This document shows positions 1 to 18,479 of a stretch of 64,000 nt of DNA, piece by piece. Each line of letters begins with the position of its first letter. Position 1 is the first letter of the stretch. The stretch is from the human T2T-CHM13v2.0 reference genome, Homo sapiens. The notes beneath the pieces are model-generated. The model saw only the letters and a program-made list of their open reading frames with translations, made no database searches and was not told the origin of the DNA. Where the stretch lies: NCBI RefSeq assembly GCF_009914755.1, contig NC_060925.1. The stretch is one strand, 5' to 3'. The position numbers and the translations under genes are program-made.

Positions 1-3205
<3,205 letters not shown>

Positions 3206-3268
3206 TATGATGTTAGCTGTTTATTTTGCTCGTTAGTTGATGAAGTTTCTTCCTAGCCTCAATGGTCT

Positions 3269-4282
3269 TTACAATTTGGCATGTTTTTGCAGTGGCTGGT
3301 ACCAGTTGTTCCTTTCCATGTTTAGTGCTACCTTCAGGAGCTCTTTTAGGGCAGGCCCGGTGGTGACAAAATCTCTCAGCAGTTGCTTGTCTGTAAAGGA
3401 TTTTATTTCTCCTTCACTTCTGAGGCTTAGTTTGGCTGGATATGAAATTCTGGGTTGAAAATTCTTTTCTTTAAGAATGTTAAATATTGACCCCCACTCT
3501 CTTTTGGCTTGTAGAGTTTCTGCTGAGAGATCAGCTGTTAGTGTGATGGGCTTCCCTTTGTGGGTAACCCTACCTTTCTCTCTGGCTGCCCTTAACATTT
3601 TTTCCTTCATTTCAACTTTGGTGAATCTGACAGTTATGTGTCTTGGAGTTGCTCTTCTCGAGGAATATCTTTGTGGCATTCTCTGTATTTCCTGAATTTG
3701 AATGTTGGCCTGCCTTGCTAGACTGGGGAAGTTCTCCTGTATAATATCCTGCAGAGTGTTTTCCAACTTGGTTCCATTCTCCCCGTCATTTTCAGGTACA
3801 CCAATCAGATGTAGATTTGGTCTTTTCACAGAGTCCCATATTTCTTGGAATCTTTGTTCATTTCTTTTTATTTTTTTTTCTCTGAACTTCTCTTCTCGCT
3901 TCATTTCATTCATTTGATCTTCCATCACGGATACTCTTCCTTCCAGTTGATCGAATCGGCTACTGAGGCTTGTGCATTCGTCACGTAGTTATCGTGCCTT
4001 GGTTGTCAGCTCCATCAGCTCCTTTAAGGACTTCTCTGCATTGGTTATTCTAGTTAGCCATTCATCTTATTTTTTTTCAAGGTTTTTAACTTCTTTGCCA
4101 TGGGTTTGAACTTGCTCTTTTAGCTCAGAGTAGTTTGATCATCTGAAGCCTTCTCTCAACTTGTCAAAGTCATTCTCCGTCCAGCTTTGTTCCGTTGTTG
4201 GTGAGGAGCTGTGTTCCTCTGGAGGAGGCAAGGCACTCTGATTTCTAGAGTTTCCAGTTTTTCTGCTCTGTTTTTTCCCCAT
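3269..4282 (-). pseudogene. L1 ORF1p, disabled by a one-codon deletion and a CGA>TGA nonsense near 4139
   Basis: Starts MGKKQSRKTGNS at 4282 and ends NWYQPLQKHAKL* at 3269. Reads FDKLREGFR* where ORF1p reads FDELREEGFRR. Confidence 0.9.
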
Positions 4283-4863
4283 CTTTGTGGTTTTATCTAC
4301 CTTTGGTCTTTGATGATGGTGACGTACAGATGGGGTTTTGGTGTGGATGTCCTTTCTGTTTGTTAGTTTTCCTTCCAACAGTCAGGACCCTCAGGTGCAG
4401 GTCTGTTGGAGTTTGCTGGAGGTCCACTCCAGACCCTGTTTGCCTGGGTATCAGCAGCAGAGGCCACAGAACAGCGGATATTGGTGAACAGCAAATGTTG
4501 CTGCCTGATCGTTCCTCTGGAAGTTTTGTCTCAGAGGAGTACCCGGCCGTGTGAGGTGTCAGTCTGCCCCTACTGGGGCTGCCTCCCAGTTAGGCTACTC
4601 GGGGGTCAGGGAACTGCTTGAGGAGGCAGTCTGTCCGTTCTCAAATCTCCAGCTGCATGCTGGGAGAACCACTACTCTCTTCAAAGCTGTCAGACAGGGA
4701 CATTTAAGTCTGCAGAGGTTTCTGCTGCCTTTTGTTTGGCTATGCCCTGCCCCCAGAGGTGGAGTCTACAGAGGCAGGCAGGCAGCCCTCTTTGAGCTGT
4801 GGTGGGCTCCACCTAGTGGGAGCTTCCTGGCTGCTTTGTTTACCTACTCAAGCTTTGGCAATT

Positions 4864-5106
4864 ATGGGCGCCCCTCCCTCAGTCTCACTGCGGCCTTGCC
4901 CTTTGATCTCAGACTGCTGTGCTAGCAATGAGAGAGGCTCTGTGGGTGTAGGACCCTCCGAGCCAGACATGGGATATAGTCTCCTGGTGTGCCATTTGCT
5001 AAGACTGTTGGAAAAGCACAGTATTAGGGTGGGAGTGACCCGATTTTCCAGGTGCTGTCTCTCACCCCTTTCTTTGACTAGGAAAGGGAATTCCCTGACC
5101 CCTTGA
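4864..5106 (+). other. L1 antisense ORF0-like open frame (80 aa) in the L1 antisense-promoter region
   Basis: MGAPPSVSLRPCPLISDCCASNERGSVGVGPSEP...IRVGVTRFSRC resembles L1 ORF0. ATG context is attATGg. Putative donor CAG|GTGCTG at 5051/5052. Confidence 0.7.
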
Positions 5107-5548
5107 GCTTCCCTTGCTTCGGCTCACGCTCGGTGTGCTGCACCCACTGTCCTGCACCCAGTTGCTGACACTCCCCAGTGAGATGAACCCGGTACCTCAG
5201 TTGGAAATGCAGAAATCACCTGTCTTCTGCATTGCTCATGCTGGGAGCTGTAGACTGGAGATGTTCCTATTCGGCCATCTTGGTTCCACCTATCCTAAAT
5301 TCCTAATTTTAATACAATGTAGTTTTGGAATTTCATATTATATTCTTGTTTTTAAGTTATTCACTATCTCTAGATCAGAAAATTGTTCAGTTTTCAAGTT
5401 TTACTTCTCACATTTCAGTCACTTTGGAAAACTTTCTTTGTCCTTGTTTTGTTTGTATATTTGGTGTGAGTCAGGAAATGAATCTAATTTCATTTTTTTC
5501 CCCTTATGGCTTTTTTTTTTTTCCTAGCTGGATTATTTTTCCAACTGA

Positions 5549-5889
<341 letters not shown>

Positions 5890-5899
5890 TCATCTACAT

Positions 5900-8800
5900 T
5901 TGGTACTGTTTCTGTGATTTCCATAATGTTATCTGTAAATTTCTATGTTCCATTACTATGCTGCCTCAGTTATTAAAGCTTTAGTATTAATTCTACTATT
6001 AGACTCTCCTTCATGTTATTTTTTTCTCAGAAATGTCTTGGCTATTCCTGACCTTTTATTCTTCTATATAAATTTTTAATCACCTTGACAAAGTCTGTCA
6101 AACAAACAAAAAAACTGTTGAGATTCTGATCGGAGTTATTTTGACTGTAAAGAATTGATGTCTTTGTTTTTTCTACTCAGTAATATTTTGCTCTTTTGAT
6201 CCTCTTGATTGAGGTTTATTTTCTATTTTTAAACATTTCTGCTTTAATCTTTAGTATTATTCTACTTTGGATTTATAAAGTTTTACTTTTTCTAACTTCT
6301 TAATTTGGATACTTAATTTAGATAATATTTCTTGTTTTCTAGTATAAGCATTTTATGGCTGTATATTTACGTATGAGTACCTCTTTAGCTGCATCTCACA
6401 AGTTTTAATTTTAATATCTTAACATTTATTTCTTAATATTTTAAATTTTCTATCATTTCTTTTTTTGAAATATGAGTTATTTAGACAGGTATTTCTTTAT
6501 TTCCAAATTTATGGGGTTTCATGATTCATCTATTTCTACTCTAATTGTATTGTGGTCATAGAATTTGGGCTATATGATGATAAATCATTTCAAATTTGTT
6601 GACTTACAGTATGATCCAGTAGGTGGTTGATTTTCAAACTATGCCATATGTGCTTAAAATTATATGTATTCTGCACTTCTTGAGTTTTATATAATATATA
6701 TGTTAAATCAAACTTTTAAATTGGACTGTTAAAATCTGTATCCTTAATGTTTTCATTTGTTTGTTTGCTAGTTTTGGTAGGAAAAGGTTGGCCTGATTAA
6801 CTGAAATAAGTTTGTTAAAATGCCTCATTATCATACTAGATTTATTTTTTCTCCCTATGGTTCTTTCAGTTTTTGCAATATATATTATATGTTTACACAT
6901 TTGCATTCCATATTTAGAAACCATGTTGTTAAGTCCAAATTCCAAACTCTTCTGTTTTATTTTCCTGGCAAAATGAAAATTTAGTCACTATGTAGTGATT
7001 ATCTTTCTATCTAGTGACTCTTTCTGCTTGAGTACCTTTTTTCTGATATGAATATAGCTATAATATTTTTATTTTCTTTAATAGTTGCCTGGTATATCTC
7101 TTTCCTGTACTTGCATCCTTGTTGTATCTTTATGTTTCGGAAATTTGTCTTTTGAATAGGGTATAACTGAAATTTCTTCCCAATTTTGCTATCATTGTCC
7201 TTTTAGATAATTTAGTTCATTTATATTGATTATAATTAGTAATATGTTTCTATTTATTTCTGCCACTTTATTTTGTACTTTCTCTTTTGTTCTGACTCTT
7301 CTATTTATCTTTCTGTCTCCTCTTAGATGGGTTGCTTATATATTTATTTTTATTTCACCCCCACTCCCAACTGTTAGCTTGAAGTTATGCATTCTATATA
7401 TACTTTAGTCATTACCATAAAAATTTTAAGATGCATACTTATCAAAGCATAAGTTTAATCCATCTGTTTTTCTTCCCCCAGAAAATGCAAGTATCTTAAA
7501 ACACTTTAGTTCTGGTCATTCCCCCTCCTGACCTCTATGCTGTTATTGTTGGGTAATTTAGTTCCATCTCACTTTTAATCCCATAAGAAATAATTATTGT
7601 TTTATGCAGTGTTTGTTTAGCTTTACTCACATATTACTTTTTTTGCTCATAATTTTTTCTTTCATCTGAGACCTTTCACTTGGGATCATAGTACTTCTTT
7701 TTTGAAGTCCTTTAGGATAATTTTTACTTGTGTTTATTGATTTTATTTGCCTAGCAATGTCTTTATCTGGTTAAAAAAACACATATTTTTACCAGATATA
7801 GAATTCCAAGTTGATGGTTATTTTTCCTTAGCACATTGAAAATATTGTATCATTTTCTTGGTTTAGATTTTACTGTCAAGAAGCCCATTCTTAGTCCAAT
7901 GGTTTTCCAGCTTAAGTAATCTATCTGTAGTACCATTAGGATCTCTTCCTTGTCTTTGGCATTCTGCAGTTTCACTATGTTGGGTGTGTGTGCGTGTGTG
8001 TGCATGTGTGTGTGTGTATCCACATGTGGCTGCTCATATGTATGTATATATATGAACATATGTTCATTCTGCTTAGAATTTGTTGGACTTTATGAAACTG
8101 AAGGTTTATGTCTGGAAAATTATTCTCAGTCATTATGGTCCCCATTTCTCTCTTCTTCCAGACTCTTGATTTGTTTTGTCTGATTTATTACTTTATTCTT
8201 TGTAATAGTTAACCCATCTTTTATTTTTTCAGATCTACCTGAATAAAAATAAGATTACTGTTTGGGAAAGTGAAGGAGGAAATGAATATTGTATGGGCAA
8301 CCTATTAAAGTCAACCACACTATTCTTTATTTTAAACTTTTTCTCATGTTTTTAATCCCTCTCTTGTATAAACACATAATTTGTTTTGCCTCTGATACTT
8401 TGGAAGGTTCATGCATTATTATATTTCTTCAAGACTTAATACATTATATTTCAACCTGTAGTTTGTGAGCTGTGCATTTTAGATAGCATCTATTGACTCT
8501 CTATTGCAAAATGAAGATATTAGAATATAATTCATGAATTTACCTTTTATCTGATATCTCCTACTCCCAGATTTCCATTGTTTATGTTATAATTTTTGTT
8601 CTTCTTATGGATAATTTTATACTTTTTAATAATATATTTACGCTTCTGTTATTTTATCAGCCTTAACCAGTGTCTGTTGACCTCTGTATCAGAAAGATGA
8701 GGAAAGCAAATCACTTATGCTACCTACATTCCATCTACCTCCCTTTCCTCCCATCTTGATTTTTTTTTAGTACTTGCACTATTACTTCAATACTCATATT

Positions 8801-9200
8801 TAGATTTTATTTACTATCTCAATATAAGTATAGAAATAAAATTTTGTTCTGTGTTCATAAGTCCCTTCGTTGTTTTGACTTAGTTCTGTATTTAAATGAG
8901 TTTAATGCTGTTATTATTATTTTCTTTATTTACAAGTTGTCCTTTTTTTATGTCTGTGTTGGTGGGATTTATTTTCATGTGCCTTTTATAAGAAGGTATT
9001 ATGGGTGATATTTTTCATGAATTTTGCATGTTTTGAAATGTTTGTTATTTTCATGCTTAAATGAAAACTTGACTCTGTATAAAATTCTTGAACTATTCTT
9101 TTTATTTCCCTTAGGAAATGTTCTGGTATTTGAATGTTGCTGTGAGAAGTGTGAGGTTAACTTGATGTTTTTTACTTGTCTGATATGAAAAAAGTAGCTC
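5900..9200 (-). mobile_element. Highly degraded old L1M fragments
   Basis: T-rich sequence with remnants of L1 antisense motifs (attgtattgtggtc, atgtattctgca, gctgtgagaagt). Boundaries are approximate. Confidence 0.5.
7984..8017. repeat. Imperfect (TG)n microsatellite
   Basis: gtgtgtgtgcgtgtgtgtgcatgtgtgtgtgtgt. Confidence 0.9.
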
Positions 9201-9346
9201 ATTTAATTTTTTTTTACAGTTTGATTAGTAATGAGTTTGAGCAACCTTTCTTGTTTATTAGATGTTTGTTGGTAATGATGAGAGCATGAATATGTAAGTC
9301 ACTCCAAAGTCAATGCTGAGGTTGGGGTTAGCATATACTCTCTTGA

Positions 9347-10035
<689 letters not shown>

Positions 10036-10281
10036 CTTTATTGCAAGTCCAGAATGGATTTGATTTAGGGATTTTTTTTTTTTAATCCAGTGCCATCTAC
10101 TTCCCTTAGGCTCTGTTTTTTCATCTTATCTCCAGTTATGGTCAAAGTTGTATCCTTCAGTTATTGGCTGCAGTGAATGATCCTTCTGTGGCCTTTCTTG
10201 GTATTCTTTGGGTCATGACTAGGACTCTTTCTGCACCCTGAGTCTCGTCAATAGGTAGACTGTCCTACATTGATGTTATAG

Positions 10282-10610
<329 letters not shown>

Positions 10611-11374
10611 GGCATTTCTATTCTAGTAAGAACTACTCTTACCCCTGGCTTATTTCAGTCTATCTTAGTTGATTTATCTGAAGCATATTCACTTGCCAGC
10701 TAAAACTTTTTCTATTCTCCATTGATTCCAGTCTTAAATTTTTGCCTTTAATTCTTCAGTTACAGTACACGGCCATGTAGCACATCAACTTTATTTAGAG
10801 ACTTTCTGTATCTTGTTAGATTTCCCTCAGTCATCAGAAAGAAACTCCCCTTTTTATATTTCATAACCCACTCCCTTTTGTTCTATTCTATTCTGTCTGA
10901 AGAACGCTAGTAGTATATGGATGTGGCCTTTTAGTGCTTAGTGAATGATGAAATTAGTTCATCAGCTTCAGCTACCACTTCTGATGACTTTCCTAAGTTC
11001 TTTTTGATAATTTCCCCTAAGAAAATAATCTTAAAACTTATCATTATCTTTAGCATGCTATTTAATGTAAGCTAAAATTGTATGTACATAAACCAATGCA
11101 TGTAAGATGGAAACAAATTGCCATAGAAAGGAAGTTAGACAATATAGAGATTGCCCTGAGAAGGCTAACTAGCTTAGTGAAGGGTTTGGAAATTATACTG
11201 TATATAAGAAACAAAGGCAGTCAGGATATTATATTAAGCCTATTGAGAAGCTGGGAACTATATATGCCATTTTGAATACCAATTGTCATAGCTGTCAGAT
11301 TGTATTGTATATTAAATATAATAATGTGAATTTTGTTACAGCCAGTTCCTTTATAGTTTTGTTCAGAAAAACAT

Positions 11375-11451
11375 ATGGAGACGTTTATACCCATTGATTT
11401 GACAACTGAAAATCAAGAGATGGACAAGGAGGAAACCAAGACAAAACCAAG
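11375..11451 (+). CDS. DNAH14: Dynein axonemal heavy chain 14, first coding exon (exon likely begins at 11342 with 33 nt of 5'UTR)
   Basis: Acceptor ttttgttacag|, ATG at 11375, METFIPIDLTTENQEMDKEETKTKP+AG, donor gtaaaa. 77 nt, phase 2. Confidence 0.9.
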
Positions 11452-11795
11452 GTAAAAGTAAGATAAAATATAATGAGTTTTTTTCTAAAGTAAGATTTCA
11501 GCAGTGTATGGCTGGTGGTAAGCCATTCTGACAGTGAAAGACTTAAAATATCTTATCAGAATTTATTGATGATTCTAGAGTTTAGAAAACCTTAGTTTCT
11601 CAGGGAGTGTTTTCTGATAAGACAGGCAAATTAACCCTGGTTGTTGGCTCCTTCCCCCAGACCAACCTTGGATATGCCAAAAAAGTGAGAAGGAGGTTGT
11701 TGGATATGAGAAATTAACCAACAACTGAGAAATCCTAGGAAAGCAAAAGGTATCATTTGTAACAGTATCAAAAAATAGGTACATTAGATACATAG

Positions 11796-12058
<263 letters not shown>

Positions 12059-12079
12059 TAAATACGATTTTTTAAAATG

Positions 12080-12850
12080 ATGTAATTATGACCTTTATGA
12101 GAAAATTATAAAGTTTAATTGAGAATTCAACAAAATTTATATAGAAGAGCAAAGGGCCAAGAATATGTAAAACACTCCTTAAAAAGAAAATCTGATAATC
12201 TTGACCTACAACTATAAAAAACTTATTATAAAGCTATCATAACTAAGAAGTGTGCTGTAGAAACAAGGATACACAAATAAAGAATAAAGAACCCAAGAAC
12301 AGACAATTATATTCATTTTAAGTGAACATAGACTTGGCGTTATAGGTTAGTGAGGATTGAGTGGGCATGTTCAATAATGGTGCTGTGACAATTGTATATC
12401 CTTATTGGGTGGGGGCAGGGGAAGAAATGGAGTCTGTCTCTTACACTATACCAAAAAGTCAAGGATTTAAAGACTTATGTATTAATTAAAAGACTTGTAA
12501 AAGGTAAAACTTTATGTTAGGAAAACATATAAGCTCATTTTGTTATTACCTTGGACTAAGGAAAGATTTCTTAAGAAGCCATAAACAATACAAACCATAA
12601 AGGAAAAGGTAGATAAATTATATTAAAATTAGTAACTTCTGTTTATAAAGACATCAAGAAAGTGAAAAGATAATTCCAAATCAGAGATACAAAGTGACAT
12701 TTTGATTGCTGCTCAAAATGTGTAAATAACTACTACACATTGTTAAGAAAATGGCAAAAAATTCAGTACCAAAAAAAGAAAAAAAGGTGGGGAGGACAAC
12801 AGATATGGATAGACATTTTAATGAAGGGGAAAATTTTCAAGATGTTTATA
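12080..12850 (+). mobile_element. Old L1M(E) ORF2 3' fragment
   Basis: A-rich, degraded L1 sense motifs (aaagggccaagaata, tataaagcta, ttcaataatggtgctg, ggaaagatttctta). Confidence 0.55.
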
Positions 12851-13630
12851 AACAAAGAGGGAACTTAAAGCGCTCAAAGGAAAAGGATTTAAGAATAATA
12901 CCTAATAAATGATCTATAAATAAGTTCAAAGACATTGTGCTTTCTTTGTCCTAGAAAAGAAATATTACCTTCTTAATGATATAAGTATTTTTCTTTAATA
13001 TACCAATAAAGTGCTTTTTTCCCCTTAACACTACATATAAGACTTTATGGAACCTAGAATTTTCTCTGCTTTGTAAAACTGTGATCTACCATATAAGTCT
13101 ATTGTAGGCAGTAATTTTGGATTCTGTTCTTATGAAAAAGTTTTTCCAGCAGTAGACAGTTTGCCAGTGTCCTGTGAAAAAAAAGGAAGGCAACATATGA
13201 GTATGAAATTTCAGAAAATTGTGTTCTGACTTCACTCTGCTTAATTGGGTAACAATTCTTCATCTCCTAAAATGAGATCAAGATTCATAAAGCCCTTCTA
13301 AGTTTAAATGTTCAGTGATAATTTATATTTATTTTTTAGTGGTAACACCAGTTAGACCTATTTAAAATTTAACTAGACTCTCCATGTAAATGTTGCAGAT
13401 CTTTTTCAAAGTGCCTATCAAAAATTACTTGAGTGAATAGATATTATATTGTATTGTTCAGAATAAATATTTAATCTTTCAATTATGGAGCATGTTAACC
13501 ATAGCATTTATTAAACCTAAGAAGCTGTTTTAATTATAAATGTGAAATTTTGGTAATATGCTAATAGCTCAGTATTTTATTGGTGTGATTTTCCATTTAT
13601 TTTCTTAGAATTGTTTTCTTTGTCATTTAG

Positions 13631-13770
13631 ACTTTTAAGATATGAAGAGAAAAAATATGAAGATGTGAAACCATTAGAGACTCAACCAGCTGAAATAGCA
13701 GAAAAGGAAACATTGGAATATAAAACAGTTAGAACATTCTCTGAATCTTTGAAGTCAGAGAAAACAGAAG
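13631..13770 (+). CDS. DNAH14: DNAH14 coding exon (exon 3)
   Basis: tgtcatttag|A CTT TTA AGA..., encodes LLRYEEKK...KSEKTE, donor G|gtattt. 140 nt, phase 2 to 1. Confidence 0.93.
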
Positions 13771-14970
13771 GTATTTATCAAGATTACTATTCTGGCATGT
13801 TGATTTATATTTTAGTTTATGGAAATTGAAAGAAATTTTTCATAGCATTAAATTAAGGAAACAAGTGAAACATATTGAAATATTAGTGTCTATTTTACTA
13901 ACTTCATTAGTTATAGCAGTTAGCAGTGTCTTCAAATAACGGGAACATTAACTACTCATAATAAAAGTAACGAATATTACTAATACCAGTGAAATGTCAG
14001 AATATCTGATATGTCTGTACCACTTTACAGTTTCCATCACTTTTTCATGCATATCATGTCATTTTTTTTGAGGTACAGACCTTACAGGTGGGTCACGGTT
14101 CTCCTAAGTCCCCAGTGCCTCTAGCTGTATTGTGACCTCCTTTATTGGTCTTACCTACTAGTGTCTAATTACTCCCTCACATACTTCCATTTTTTAAGTC
14201 TTTTTTCCTTCTTCACTCAAATTCTGCCATTTTCAGGATTTGATTTTATTTTTTACCACAACTTCCTTTCTCATCCAGCACTCTTATGTCCTCACTTTTA
14301 TAAGCTTCCAGCCCCATTTATGGTGCTTGTGTGGGGAAAACTGTACCTCCTCTCCTTTAAAGTAAATCCCACCACCTCTGGAGCTCCGCTTCTGCCATTT
14401 CCATAGGAAGTTGGGGTCCATCAGATATATTCTCTTATGTCTTTTTTTCTCCTAGCTCTTTTTGTCAGCACATAAACATGCCACATGCTTAAACAACTTA
14501 AACAAAACAACCCAGAAGCATCTTTAGTTCTGTATTAGCTTTTCAGAGTTATCAGTCCTCTTGAAAGAGTAGCCTAGACTTCCTTACCTCTAATTCATTC
14601 CTCAACCTGGATTCTACCTCCTTCATTCTACCGATAAGACTCTTTCAAGGTCACCAGATACCTCCTCGTGGCTAATCTTTATAAAATAATTAATTTATAA
14701 ATAAAATAATTTGTATTTTACTGCACCATTCTGCAATATTTTATTATTTGACCACTTATTTCCATTTTTCCCCCTTGACTTTTAAGGAAATTTACTCACC
14801 TGGCTTTCTTTATACTTGTCTATCTGCTCATTTTCAGTCTCTTTTATGGATTTTTACTTCTCTGTGTTCCCTTTAAATGTTATTGTTTCTCAGGTGTTTT
14901 AGGGTCTGCCAAAATTAGTGTTTCCTGTTCTCTCTGGACTAGACCATACTTTGTTTTTAGTAATAATATA

Positions 14971-15315
14971 TAGTCATGTACTGCATAACGACATTTTGGT
15001 CAATGATGGACTGAATATATGATGATGGTCCCATAAGATAATAATACTGTATTTTCACTGTACCTTTTCTATGTTGAGATGTGTTTAGATACACAAATAC
15101 ATACTATAGTGTTACAGTTGCCAACAGTATTCAGTACAGAAACGTGCTATACAGATTTGTAGCCTCGGAGTAATAGTCTATTCCATATAGCCTTGGTGTG
15201 TACTAGGCCGTACCACCTAGGTTTGTGTAAGTGCACTCTTAGATGTTTGTGTGACAGAATTGCCTAATGATGCATTTTTCAGAATGTATCCCTGTCATTA
15301 AGCAATACATGACTG
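14971..15315 (+). mobile_element. Tigger3a (MER7A-type) TcMar MITE
   Basis: Terminal inverted repeats tagtcatgta.. / ..tacatgactg with TA on both sides; about 345 bp. Confidence 0.82.
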
Positions 15316-15559
15316 TATTTCTTCCTATTTTACCTATTAAATCCATACCACAAACAATATTTAGGTACACCTTTAGTTGTCTTCATCCTCTGCCTGAAGA
15401 TGGGTATATTTGATTTCTGGAAGGGGCCTGAGCTTCCAGAATTCTGGCCTTCATTGGGCCAGAATGTTTTAATCTGTGGAGTGCCTAGACCTTACAGATA
15501 GCTGTGTTTGCAGGCTGGACAAAGCTTCCCCTCCAACAGAGTGAAAAGTAGAAGTACTC

Positions 15560-17820
15560 TGAGCCTTTTGCTATTTTTCTTAGGAAAGAGGAAAGAAATA
15601 TAAGGCTAGATAGGGATACAAGTGTTGGGTAAAGCAAGGATTTGGCCACGTTAAGGAATTTTGTCATTATACTTTGAAGATAAGAGCCGTGGAAAGGTTC
15701 TAAGCAAGGAGTTAATATGAGGATTTCTGTTTTGTAAAGATCACTCTGGCTGTATATTGAAGAACAGATTGGAAGAGAACAAGAATCGATATAGGGGGAC
15801 CATTTATGAGGCTGTAGATATTCTGAAGGTAGAATTATCAGTTACGGTGATGGGTTGGTGAGAGAGAAGGAGGTGTCAAAGATGATACCTACACTTTGGG
15901 CTTGCTTAAAATAATGAATAGTGGTCCCATTCACTAAGACAAGAAGTCCTAAAAAAAGGTCAGGAGTTTAGAGGAAGGATCATGAGTTCAATTTTGGACA
16001 TGTTGAATTTGGGGTACCTTTGACACATGCCAGTGATGTCTAGGAGGCAGTTGAATATATGTGTCAGGAGCTCAGAGAAGTTAGGGCTGAGGTGTTGTAT
16101 TTGGGAATAATCATGTGTGTGGATGTTTAAGCCATAGTCATGGATGAGATTGACCAGTGAGAATGTATAAAGTGAGACTAAAACAGGGCCAAGGAACAGT
16201 AGCAATTACGAGCCAGGAAAAGGACAGCTGCAAAGGACATGGGATTGGTCAGAGTTAAGCTGAATAGGATGACAAGAAAGACAGAGTGTGAGGTGTCACA
16301 GGACTCACCCAAAGGAAACAACTGTATCCAAAAGGAGGAGTGGTCTAAAGTATCAAATAACACTGGTAAGTAACATGAGGACTAGAAAATGTCCATTGAA
16401 TTTACTGACCTCAAGAATATGGGACGTGAGTGCTGTTTTTGTGGCGTTCCAAAGCCAGACCAGAGTAGAATAAGAAATGCATAGTAAATGAGGAAATAGA
16501 GTTAGTGACTATATGCAACTCTTGAGAGAAGTTTAGCTGTGAAGAAAGGCAGGATGTAGACTGATAACCAGAGGAGCTGTGGTTTTATTTGAGGCAGGAG
16601 CTGCTTGGATATGCAAAAGAAAAAAGGAGTAGTTAATAGTGTAGGCATGAAGAGACGTGATCTAAACAAAATGTGGAAAGGATTGGTCTTGGATGAGAGG
16701 AAAACCAGACACCTCCTTTACTAAGTCAGGAGGACAGGAGGGAAAGATGGGTGCACATGTGGGTTGCTTTGTTTGTTTGAAAATGGCAAGTTGAAGGAAT
16801 TCCCACTGATGCTTTTTTTGTTCCCTGGGAAGTAGGCTTTGAGATCATTTAGAGGAGAGAGACTGAAAGGTAAAGGTTTAGAGATTTGAGGAGCATGGAG
16901 AAAATCTGAAATAGTCATTGAAAAGGAAGAAGAGCAAGTTAACTGGACAGACAATAGGATTTTTGGTTTGTGTTCAGGATCCATTTGTGGTTAATTAAAA
17001 TGAATTTTGGGGGTTACCAATCCACGTAGGGCCTCTTTCAAATAGCACTAGGATGTGCAGATGTAGGCACAAAGAACACATAGAGTTGGTTTTATCCAGG
17101 GGCAGCGTTTTGCCATACAGGTGAGGCCAACAGAAAGTGGGAGTTTCGGATATTGGCAAGAGTGCTGTGGAAAGACATAATCTAAGCTGGATAAAGAGAA
17201 AGGTGAAATAAAATAGAGGGATGATGGATTGTAAGAAAGGAATGGGGCAATGGACTGGAGTTCCTGATGAGCTTAAAAAATGGTCATGTTGGGAGAATTA
17301 AACAAGCTGAGAGGATGGAGGGCAAGTGATGACAAGCACTATTATGTAATTGTGAATGTGGTTGATTGATGTAGACTTAGTGATGGGAGGACATCTAGAA
17401 AATGGGGGAGGAGAGCACAGCTTTAGACAGGGTCTTAATTCATGAACACTGAAGTCATCCATGTGATGGCAGATTTAGTATGGAGAAAGTTGGCTCTCCC
17501 GTGAGCCAGAGTTCCAGATTGAGTGACCAGGCAATTGGTACTTATCAATGAAGAGTGGAAGAATATAGTGGAATCAAAAAGCATGAGCTTCTAAGGAATA
17601 GGATTTTTTTTATTTATTAAAGAAAGAGGGCAAGTTGTTATGATTTGGAAGTGGTGAATGGAGAGTAAGGAGTGTTAAAACAAGCTCACTTTCCAATCTT
17701 GAGGTAAATGGAGTGTGGGAATATAAACAGCCTCTAACCAGAGGGTTGCATGTCAGTAGTGCCATAGGGAATAACTAGGTTTCAACTAAGGTAGAGAGGT
17801 CAGAGAAATTCTTGGAATAG
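15560..17820 (-). mobile_element. L2 LINE fragments
   Basis: Purine-rich L2 antisense motifs (aaagatcactctggctg, gagttcaattttggacatgttgaattt, ggaggcagttgaatata). Boundaries are approximate. Confidence 0.6.
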
Positions 17821-18479
17821 AGCTTAAAGATAGAAGAAAGTTTTCACAACTACCTCACCAATCTTTCCACTAATGCCCACATTTTTTTCATTGTGATCTC
17901 CTGAACAGTCCTCTTGTTTTCTTATCTTTCTCTCATCCCCAGCCACCCTCCTCCTCATTACCCCACAATTGAAAGCCTTACCATCATTCAACATTTGATC
18001 TTTGGAACAGGAGAGGTCTGTGGTCTCCTGATTATACAAGTGGGAAATTATCTCTCTTCTGAATTAGGACTATTGGTTGAAATAAAACTTACTGTTTATT
18101 TCATTTGTATCCCTTTGTTTTGTTTGTAATTATCGTGTCTTTTGCCTTACTAAATTGTAGCACAATGCCTTGCACTACAGAAATATTTGTTCAATGAATG
18201 AGAACAAGAAAATGTATTTCTTTCTTCAAAGGTCTGTTTTTAATATTTTCCCCATTCTTCTATGTGTTAAGTCTACCAATTAGGTAAGCCATAGACAAAA
18301 TAAGAAATAGACCTTTTGTTACTTTTCTGTATTTATCTCTAAATATTTTCTCTGCTCAGTTATCAAATTACAGTTAATAAACAGGGTCCTCTTCTGTATT
18401 TATTTCATGTGAGGATTCACACTTTAAAGATTTAGTATAATATTCAAAAACCACAGTTACTTTTGTATCAACCTAATAA

